From Candidatus Eiseniibacteriota bacterium (GTDB lineage: Bacteria > Eisenbacteria > RBG-16-71-46 > SZUA-252): 64,000 nucleotides of DNA. The DNA is taken from positions 1,504,001 to 1,568,000 of the forward strand of contig OY969801.1 in the NCBI GenBank assembly GCA_963703225.1. The letters run 5' to 3'. The notes beneath the pieces were generated by a model. That model was not told the DNA's origin. It made no database searches and saw nothing but the letters and a program-made list of their open reading frames with translations. A program made the translations under genes and the position numbers. Each line of letters opens with the position of its first letter. Positions within the stretch are counted from its first letter, which is position 1. Shown here piece after piece: positions 57,249-64,000 of this stretch.

Positions 57249-57276
57249 ATTCTAGCCGATCGGAGGCTCGAGTCAA
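57249..57276 (-). promoter_or_regulatory. Sigma70 promoter for tRNA-Val/thrS (TTGACT-16-TAGAAT)
   Basis: Hexamers at 57276-57271 and 57254-57249, followed by a GC-rich discriminator. Confidence 0.6.
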
Positions 57277-58922
57277 GGCGCTTGCGCGCCTCCCTCGGCG
57301 GGTTTCACTTCGTATACGAGGGCTCCCCCGCTCTCGAAGACCCGAACAAAGCCCGGAACCTCGGACCCGGACGCGAACGGCCGCATCCCCGCCCGCATCG
57401 CCAGCTCCGCGCCCGAGACCAGGACGTAGCGTGCCCGTTCTCTCATCGCCACCGCGTGGAGCGAGTCGGGCGTCTCGAACTGCGGCAGGGGCACGAAGCG
57501 CATCTTCGCCATGAACGCGGCGTGGGGCTTCCGGGCGAGCAGGGCCTCGCCCTGGGTGTGATCCCGGAGATAGGCGACCGCCGGCAGGAGCTCGTAGGGC
57601 CCCGCCTTGAGCTGCTCCGGGTTCGCCGGATTTTCCGTCCACTGGTAGGCCTGCAGCGCCGTGGTGAGCCAGACCGCCAGAAAGACGAAGACCCGGAGCG
57701 GGAATACGCGTTCGATCGACCGGAGCCGCCGGCCGAGCGTGTGCGAGAAGTAAGGCCACGCCGCGAGCAGGAGCCAAAACGCGAGGAGAGGGAGCGAGAA
57801 ACGTTTGCCATAAAACACGGGCACAAGGGTCAGGAAGTAGAGTCCCCACAAGACCGCGTACCCCCCGACCCGCCGGCCGGGCCGCTCGCGAAGGAGCAGG
57901 AATCCCCCGATCAGCGCGAGCCCGCCCCAGATGGCCGGAAGCAGCTCAGTCAGATCGCGGCGCAGGTGCTCCGCCAGATTCTTGACCATCACCGCCGCGA
58001 AGCGCGGCGGGTCCAAGCGCACGACGTCCGCGAAGGACGTAATCTTGCGGTCTCCGCCGTAGAAGAACTTCTCCCAGTTCCCCTCTCCGTACACCGCGTA
58101 GCCGACGTTCACGTAGTTCGAGTTCGTAAGCGGATTGCCGGTGTGGGCGGCGTTCACGAAAAGCCACGGGAGCGCCGCCAAGAGAAAGCCGGCGCTCCAG
58201 ACGCCGGCGAGGCGAAGCCTCGAGGCCAGCGGACCCTCCACGGTCCGGAGGGAGAGCAGAGCGAGGAGCGCCCCGGGCCAGAGGAAGAGTCCGTTGTATC
58301 GCGTCGAAAATGCCCAGCCGCCGAGGAGTCCGGAGCCAAGAAGGGCGAGTGCGCCCGGATTGCCGCGGCCGAGGAGGAGGGAGATCGAACCCATGACGAC
58401 CGCGAAATAGAACATGTCGGTGCCAACCTCGTACGTGTTCGCGAGGAAGGTCTCGTTCGAGAGCAGGAGCAAGAGACTCCCCAGGGCCACGGCTGGCCCG
58501 AGCAGGCTTCGATGGAGCCGATACAAGAGGAGGCCCGTGAGAACAGCGCAGAGGAGCGCGAGACATTGGGCCGCGCGGAACGGCTCCGGGCCGAAGAGCG
58601 AGACCAGCGCCACGGCCGCGGGATAACCCCAGCCTTTGGAATCGTAATTCTCGATCTGGACGCGCCCGTGCAGCAGGTCGCGGGCCGCCGGGCCGTACTT
58701 CCAGTAGAAGTCGGTCTCCACCGCGTAATTTCCGATCCGATGATCAGTGAATACCTTGACGCCCCAGTAGGCCGCGAACACCGCGAGCAGGGCGTACGCG
58801 ATCCAGCGGGTCCAGCGGAGGGAAGGACCGGGTGGCGCGTCGGCCAGCGATGGCGTGCGGTCCCGGCCCGTTTCCTTGACCCGCGCGCGGCGGCGGGGGG
58901 TGCCCCGGGGAGGCGGCGGCAT
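57273..58922 (-). CDS. Polytopic membrane glycosyltransferase (GT-C, ArnT/PMT-like)
   Basis: 'VETDFY' after TM1, 'GYP', 'GTDM', 'TRYNG', 'RFSLP'; more than 10 TMs; ATG 58922. Confidence 0.75.
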   Translation of the reverse strand: MPPPPRGTPRRRARVKETGRDRTPSLADAPPGPSLRWTRWIAYALLAVFAAYWGVKVFTDHRIGNYAVETDFYWKYGPAARDLLHGRVQIENYDSKGWGYPAAVALVSLFGPEPFRAAQCLALLCAVLTGLLLYRLHRSLLGPAVALGSLLLLLSNETFLANTYEVGTDMFYFAVVMGSISLLLGRGNPGALALLGSGLLGGWAFSTRYNGLFLWPGALLALLSLRTVEGPLASRLRLAGVWSAGFLLAALPWLFVNAAHTGNPLTNSNYVNVGYAVYGEGNWEKFFYGGDRKITSFADVVRLDPPRFAAVMVKNLAEHLRRDLTELLPAIWGGLALIGGFLLLRERPGRRVGGYAVLWGLYFLTLVPVFYGKRFSLPLLAFWLLLAAWPYFSHTLGRRLRSIERVFPLRVFVFLAVWLTTALQAYQWTENPANPEQLKAGPYELLPAVAYLRDHTQGEALLARKPHAAFMAKMRFVPLPQFETPDSLHAVAMRERARYVLVSGAELAMRAGMRPFASGSEVPGFVRVFESGGALVYEVKPAEGGAQAP

Positions 58923-59935
58923 CAGAGGGTGCGGCCGACCGCCTCGGCGATCAGCCGGATCTGCCCCGCGAGGGCGGCGAACTGCTCCGGGTAGAGCGAT
59001 TGCTGTCCATCGCAAATGGCTCGCTCAGGCTCATGGTGAACCTCGACGAGGAGCCCGTCCGCGCCGGCCGCGATCGCGGCGCGCGCGAGCGGCACAACCT
59101 TATCCCGGACGCCCGCCGCGTGGCTCGGATCCACGATCACCGGGAGATGGCTCAGGGACTTGGCGACCGCGACGGCATTGAGGTCGAGCGTGTTTCGGGT
59201 GTAGGTCTCGTAGGCGCGGATGCCCCGCTCGCAGACGAGAACGCGGTCGTTGCCCCCGGAAATGACGTACTCCGCGCTCATGAGCCACTCATCGACGGTG
59301 GCGGCGATGCCTCGCTTGATCAACACGGGGCGCTCCACCCTTCCCAGCTCGCGCAGGAGGGGGTAGTTCTGCATGTTGCGCGCGCCTACCTGGAAGATAT
59401 CCACGTACGCATCCATGAGCAAGATCTGGCTCTTGTCCATGATCTCGGAGATGACGAGCAGCCCTTCGGCGTCCGCCACGCGCCGGATCAGCTTCAGCCC
59501 CTCCTCCCCAAGCCCCTGAAACGAGTAGGGAGAGGTCCGCGGCTTGAATGCCCCGCCTCGCATCACCCGCGCTCCGGCGGCCCGGACCACCGCGGCGGTC
59601 TTCACCATCTGCTCTTCGGACTCGATGGTGCAGGGCCCAGCCATGAGCACGATCGACGAGCCGCCGATCTCCACGTCACCGATCCGGATGACGCTCGTCT
59701 CGCGGCGAAACGTGCGGCTCGCCAATTTGAAGGGCTCGGGAATGTGGCGAACCTCGGCGATTCCGGGCAGGGCGCGGATCTCGTCGAGGGATGGCATGGT
59801 CCCCTCTCCTACCGCGGCGAGGACGACCTGGGATTCGCCGGGCGCGACAACGATCTGGAATCCCAGCTCGCGGAAGCGTGACTCGACCGCGTGACGTTGT
59901 TCCGGCGACGCATCGGCGCGAAGGACGATAACCAT
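58922..59935 (-). CDS. aroF: DAHP synthase, type I-beta with N-terminal ACT-like domain
   Basis: 'MAGPCTIES', 'RGGAFKPRTSPYSFQGLG', 'QVGARNMQN', 'LVCERGIR', 'VDPSH'; start 59935 or 59962. Confidence 0.95.
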   Translation of the reverse strand: MVIVLRADASPEQRHAVESRFRELGFQIVVAPGESQVVLAAVGEGTMPSLDEIRALPGIAEVRHIPEPFKLASRTFRRETSVIRIGDVEIGGSSIVLMAGPCTIESEEQMVKTAAVVRAAGARVMRGGAFKPRTSPYSFQGLGEEGLKLIRRVADAEGLLVISEIMDKSQILLMDAYVDIFQVGARNMQNYPLLRELGRVERPVLIKRGIAATVDEWLMSAEYVISGGNDRVLVCERGIRAYETYTRNTLDLNAVAVAKSLSHLPVIVDPSHAAGVRDKVVPLARAAIAAGADGLLVEVHHEPERAICDGQQSLYPEQFAALAGQIRLIAEAVGRTL

Positions 59936-60032
59936 CCGCTCCTCAGACGCAGAAATGCCCATCGCCGGACCTTCGGCGACGGGCTGTGGTCTCGGGGCAC
60001 AGACGGTAGGCTACACCGTCAGCCCCGACGGG

Positions 60033-60653
60033 TCAAACTCCGTCAGGCCGCGGGTCGTCCTCGACCGTGTAGAAGGAGAACGCGATCCACTTTCCGGAAG
60101 GAATCTTGAGGAGGCGAAGGATGACCTCGCGGTCCACCGGATGGGGGCCGACCAGCTCGCCCGCGTATCGCACCCTCATTCGAACCGCGCGAGTCTCGAC
60201 CTGTGCCCCCGAGCCGGCAAGCGAATCGGGCCGCGACGCCGCCACCGCGCGGGACGCGTTCCGGTAGGTGATATGGAGCCGGCCGGCCCGGCGGGACGTT
60301 TGGAAAAGCTCATCACGGTCGCCGCCCTCGGACCGGATCCACAGGGAGTCGGCACGCTGCTGCTGCCACCCGGAGGCGACAACCATCGAATCGAGCTTCG
60401 CCACCGAAATGTGTCGCGGCGCCTCGATACGAAGGACGTTCCCCCCTTGAATTGACTGGACCGGTACCAGACACGTCGCCCGATTCCGGATTTCGTCGAA
60501 ATCCTTCCTCGCCAGTGCGGCCATGTAGCGCTCCGCCGCGAGCCGCACCTCGCGGACATCGAGGGGCTCGCGCGCGCATCCGCTCCCGATGACAAGGCCG
60601 AGGGCGGCCCATGCCGCCAGGGAGCCTCGGAGACGGCCCATCGTGGTCCGCAT
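60033..60653 (-). CDS. Hypothetical lipoprotein
   Basis: Basic N-terminus, hydrophobic stretch and lipobox-like 'IGSG-C'; collinear with neighbours. Confidence 0.65.
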   Translation of the reverse strand: MRTTMGRLRGSLAAWAALGLVIGSGCAREPLDVREVRLAAERYMAALARKDFDEIRNRATCLVPVQSIQGGNVLRIEAPRHISVAKLDSMVVASGWQQQRADSLWIRSEGGDRDELFQTSRRAGRLHITYRNASRAVAASRPDSLAGSGAQVETRAVRMRVRYAGELVGPHPVDREVILRLLKIPSGKWIAFSFYTVEDDPRPDGV

Positions 60654-60659
60654 CGAGCG

Positions 60660-61670
60660 TTACTTCTTGTGCACGCCCGGCTGCGGCCGCCCGGGGGTTT
60701 TGATTCCGCGCGCCTCGTTGTACATGCGGCGCATGTTGGCGAAATGAACCTCGGAGTAGAACTCCGCGTCTTCGTAGGGACCGACATAGCCCCAGTCCCT
60801 CACCGCGGCGAGGCTCGTGCCGGCGGCGGCAACCTTCGCCGCCCGATCGAAGGAATTGATCAGGTAGCCCGAGATAAATCGGTATTCCTCGATGGGAGCG
60901 GCGAGCACCCCGTGCCCAGGGACGAGGCTGTCGAATAGGAACGCCTTCGAAAAGAGGGAGTCCACCGAAGCGATCCAACTCACGCGATCCATGTCGGGAT
61001 CCGTCATCCACGGGACCGACTTGTTGGTCACCAAATCCCCGGCGAAGAGCACCTTCTGCTTCGGAAGATAGACGATCATGTCCCCTGCGGAGTGCGCCGG
61101 CATCCCGAGCCAGAGAATCTCTACTCTCCGGTCGGCTGTCCCCATCACCTTCTTGCGGTCGACCCGTACCACCGGCTTGAACGCTTTCGTCCCCGCGCCG
61201 CCGGGAGCACTCGTGTTCATGATCGAGTCGATCCTCGCCGCGACCTTCGACTGGGCGATGATGGTCGCGCCGCGCTCGGCGAAGTAGCGATTTCCGCCGA
61301 TGTGGTCGGGGTGGGCGTGCGTGTTTACGACGTACTTGACCGGCTTCGGGCCAGAATAAGCACGAATCGTGTCCGCCAGAATCGCCGCCGTCGAGTCGCT
61401 GATCGAGCTGTCGATGAGGAGAAGCCCCTCAGGCAGCTCCACCCAGCCCGTCCAGACGTACTGGACTTTGGCCGCGTAGACCCCGGGCGCGAGGCGATGG
61501 ACCTGGACTCGGATCACAGAGTCGGCCGGCGTGGGGGTCGGAGGTCTCGCCCCCGGCATGTAGGACACCTGTCCGGGCGCCGACGAAGCCGCGAGGAGAC
61601 TCGACGAGAGACAGAGGGTGAGGGCCAACGTGGGGCTGATCGCAAAACGGCGAAGCTTGGTGCGGATCAT
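60660..61670 (-). CDS. Secreted MBL-fold metallo-hydrolase
   Basis: AGGAG RBS and ATG 61670; signal peptide; 'NTHAHPDHIGGN', 'AHSAGD', 'LFAGDL', 'VPGHG'. Confidence 0.9.
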   Translation of the reverse strand: MIRTKLRRFAISPTLALTLCLSSSLLAASSAPGQVSYMPGARPPTPTPADSVIRVQVHRLAPGVYAAKVQYVWTGWVELPEGLLLIDSSISDSTAAILADTIRAYSGPKPVKYVVNTHAHPDHIGGNRYFAERGATIIAQSKVAARIDSIMNTSAPGGAGTKAFKPVVRVDRKKVMGTADRRVEILWLGMPAHSAGDMIVYLPKQKVLFAGDLVTNKSVPWMTDPDMDRVSWIASVDSLFSKAFLFDSLVPGHGVLAAPIEEYRFISGYLINSFDRAAKVAAAGTSLAAVRDWGYVGPYEDAEFYSEVHFANMRRMYNEARGIKTPGRPQPGVHKK

Positions 61671-61760
61671 GGATCTCCTCTGGTGAAAATCCTGGGCAAA
61701 GGGGCTCAACAGCTCTACCCCGCCCGCCGGTCTAAGGTCCGTGCCACGTCCTGTGCAATG

Positions 61761-61834
61761 TGCCCCCGGGGTGATTCGAACACCCGGCCAAAGGTTTAGG
61801 AAACCTCTGCTCTGTCCATCTGAGCTACGGGGGC
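61761..61834 (-). tRNA. tRNA-Arg(CCT), CCA not encoded
   Basis: GCCCCCG acceptor stem, GAGGT-TTCCTAA-ACCTT anticodon arm, GTTCGAATC. Confidence 0.95.
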
Positions 61835-61921
61835 GGTGTGTCCCAGCGAGTCTAGCATTTCGCGACAGTGCGACACCGAGTGGCCGGCGGCCCGAGCCGA
61901 TGTTCCCCACGACCGGATCTT

Positions 61922-63253
61922 CTACAAGCCGATCCCGTCGTACCGGCTGAAGTCCTGCCGTGAGAGCATTCGCCGCCCGTCCACGAAGAGGGGTGGGGAT
62001 TTGAGCTTGCGGAGCAGCTGCGGCAGACCCCGGAACTCTTCCCACCGCGTCACCAGGACGACGGCCTCCGCGTCGCGGAGAGCGTCCTCGAGGCTATCGC
62101 ACAAGCGAACCTCGGCGGGCAGAAGCCGCCGGGCTTCCTCCTTCGCCGCCGGATCGTAGGCGGCGAGGCGAGCGCCCTCCGCCAGGAGCCCGCGCACGAT
62201 GGGAATGGCGGGCGATTCCCTCATGTCGTTGGTGTCGGGGCGAAACGCCAGGCCGAGCACCGTCACCCGCACTCCGGAGAGCGACGGGAAGTGCCGGTGC
62301 AGTCGCGCGAGCACCTCGCCGGGCTGGCGCTTATTGATGTCCAGGACAGCCTCGAGCAGGGGCAGAGGGCGGGACAATCCGGCCCCCTGGGCGATCAGCG
62401 CCTGGACATCTTTAGGAAGACAGCTGCCGCCGAACCCGCATCCCGGCCAAAGGAAGGCGGCAATGGGCGCTGTGTGGCGGGACCCGTCAGGGAGCTCGTG
62501 GCTCAGATATCGGCTGCTGTGGAGCGCCGCCATCACGTCGGCCGCATCGACTCCAACCGCCGCGGCAAAATTCCCGATCTCGTTGGAAAACGAGATCAGC
62601 GTCGCGAGCAGGGCGTTCGATGCATACTTGATCAGCTCGGCGGTGCGCGGCGTCGTCTTCACGCGCTCGACGCCGTCGAAGGCGGCGTAGAGCTCCTCCA
62701 TCGCGCCGAGCGTGCCGGCATCGATCCCGCCGAGCACGATCCGATCGGGCTCGAGGAAATCGTGCACCGCCTCGCCTTCCGTGAGGAACTCCGGGTTCAT
62801 GCCCACTCCAAAGTCCTTACCAGCGCGCTTCCCGGAGGCCTCCTCCAGCAGCGGAAGCACGACGTCCTCGGTCGTGCCCGGGATCACGGTGCTCTTGACG
62901 ACGACCGCGTGGTAGCCGGACTTCGCGGCGAGCGCGCGGCCAATCTGCCCCGCGACCATGCGGACGCTCGCGAGATCGATCTCCCCTCCGACGGAGGGCG
63001 TGCCCACCGCGATGATCGAGAGGTCGCTTTCGAGCACGGCACGACTCAGGTCGGTGGTCGCCGCCAGCCGACCCGGGACCTGCTGGCGCAACAACTCTCC
63101 CAGGCCCGGCTCGTGGATGGGCGATTCCCCCCGGGTGATCTGGGCGACCCTTTCCTCGTTGCTGTCGATGCATACCACCTGGTGACCCTTGGCCGCGAGC
63201 CCCGCGCCCGTCACCAGGCCCACGTAGCCCGCCCCCACGATCGAGACCCGCAT
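61922..63253 (-). CDS. ugd: UDP-glucose/GDP-mannose 6-dehydrogenase
   Basis: GAGYVGL, 'AVGTP', 'KSTVIPGT', 'NPEFL', 'GFGGSCLPKD', 'LGLAF..DTNDMRESP'. Confidence 0.92.
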   Translation of the reverse strand: MRVSIVGAGYVGLVTGAGLAAKGHQVVCIDSNEERVAQITRGESPIHEPGLGELLRQQVPGRLAATTDLSRAVLESDLSIIAVGTPSVGGEIDLASVRMVAGQIGRALAAKSGYHAVVVKSTVIPGTTEDVVLPLLEEASGKRAGKDFGVGMNPEFLTEGEAVHDFLEPDRIVLGGIDAGTLGAMEELYAAFDGVERVKTTPRTAELIKYASNALLATLISFSNEIGNFAAAVGVDAADVMAALHSSRYLSHELPDGSRHTAPIAAFLWPGCGFGGSCLPKDVQALIAQGAGLSRPLPLLEAVLDINKRQPGEVLARLHRHFPSLSGVRVTVLGLAFRPDTNDMRESPAIPIVRGLLAEGARLAAYDPAAKEEARRLLPAEVRLCDSLEDALRDAEAVVLVTRWEEFRGLPQLLRKLKSPPLFVDGRRMLSRQDFSRYDGIGL

Positions 63254-64000
63254 CAGGCCTCCTCCGCTTCCTTGTGATCGTGGTACCAGAGGAGCGACCG
63301 GCGCAGGCCATCCTCGAGCGTCACCGTCGGCTCATAGCCGAGGTCCGCCCGCGCCTTCGCGATCACCGGGCAGCGGCGACTGGGATTGTCGAGGAGGTAG
63401 TCGCCGTCCGAGCTGGCTTGATGGACCACCCGGCCCGCATAGCCAAACAGCTCACGCGCGTTCGACGCGACGAGATCGGCGAGCTGGCGGACGGAGATCT
63501 CCGGCACCTCGACGCCGATGTTGTACGCCTCGCCGCTGCCGCCTCTCACGAGGATCTTGTAGTAGCCGATGACCGCGTCCGCCACGTAGCAAAACGTGCG
63601 CTTGGGCGCGCCGTCCGACAGCAGCACGATGTCGCGTCCGGCAAATACGTCGCGCGCGAAGTCGGGCAGCACGCGCCGATCGGTGATCTTGAGCCCGGGT
63701 CCATAGTTGTTGAACGGGCGGGCGATCTTTGCCGGAATTCCGTACTGCCGCGCGAAGTTCACGCAAAGGGTCTCGCCGTACCGCTTGGCCTCGTCGTAGC
63801 AGGCCCGCGGCCCGGTACAGGAGACGTTGCCCCGGTAGGTTTCGGGGGTGGGGATATCCTGGGGCGTCGGATCGCCGTAGATCTCACTGCTCGAGAAGAA
63901 GAGGAACCCCGCCACCGGGCGTGGCCCGTTTTGCCGCTGCCGCGCATAGTCAAGCAGGGCGCGGAGCCCGCTCACGTTGGTGTCCATGGTTTCAATCGGG
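63253..64000 (-). CDS. UDP-glucuronate decarboxylase-like SDR, 5'-truncated by window edge
   Basis: 'SSSEIYGDP', 'YRGNVSCTGPRACYDEAKR', 'RPFNNYGP', 'RTFCYV'. Confidence 0.88.
   Translation of the reverse strand, partial: PIETMDTNVSGLRALLDYARQRQNGPRPVAGFLFFSSSEIYGDPTPQDIPTPETYRGNVSCTGPRACYDEAKRYGETLCVNFARQYGIPAKIARPFNNYGPGLKITDRRVLPDFARDVFAGRDIVLLSDGAPKRTFCYVADAVIGYYKILVRGGSGEAYNIGVEVPEISVRQLADLVASNARELFGYAGRVVHQASSDGDYLLDNPSRRCPVIAKARADLGYEPTVTLEDGLRRSLLWYHDHKEAEEA

Noticed and set aside
57204..57251. 11-bp imperfect inverted repeat between the tRNA-Val 5' end and its promoter
   Set aside because: Short, GC-rich and mostly upstream of the predicted TSS; chance is plausible.
57222..58994. 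590-aa plus-strand ORF, and similar shadows such as 34941-36569 and 5642-7066
   Set aside because: Mirror frames of well-supported genes on the opposite strand.
60660..61670. MBL protein as an antibiotic-resistance beta-lactamase
   Set aside because: The HxHxDH motif is shared across the whole fold, and nothing in the context indicates resistance.
1..64000. CRISPR arrays, IS elements, integrases, prophage or defence genes
   Set aside because: No regularly spaced repeats or matching protein motifs were seen by eye; short or degenerate repeats could have been missed.

Overview
GC-rich (roughly 65-70% by eye) bacterial chromosomal window. A secreted protein with a T9SS/FlgD-type C-terminal domain and the housekeeping gene order tentatively suggest an FCB-related candidate lineage such as Eisenbacteria (inference only). 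About 1-27.5 kb is a mosaic surface-polysaccharide region: a GT-C/GtrA/GtrB triad, deacetylase, GNAT, GT2, methyltransferase, pyruvyl transferase, rfbF, PIG-L, DUF4910, Wzm/Wzt, PEP-CTERM-type FemAB and GT4 genes, WbpA/WbpP-like enzymes, a split Wzc, a Wza-like protein, wecB, and a VTE5/VTE6-like prenol kinase pair. A GAF-GGDEF cyclase and tRNA-Arg(CCG) follow. Upstream of that tRNA is a ~1.4 kb islet bounded by a degenerate copy of the tRNA's 5' half that ends at the anticodon loop; this is the most unusual feature found. About 30.6-57.2 kb is one tightly packed minus-strand run: tRNA-Val, thrS, L20-leader-like RNA, infC, rpmI, rplT, pheST, zapB-like, zapA, 6S RNA, rny, ymdB, folD, xseAB, ispA, DUF212, dxs, nadK, recN, trpEGDCFB (no trpA), an SDR epimerase and a second DAHP synthase. 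The end holds a GT-C, aroF, a lipoprotein, an MBL hydrolase, tRNA-Arg(CCT), ugd and a partial UDP-GlcA decarboxylase. Several genes, including essential pheT, carry small frameshifts that are probably sequencing or assembly errors. No CRISPR array, transposase or integrase was seen. All calls come from motif recognition, not database searches.
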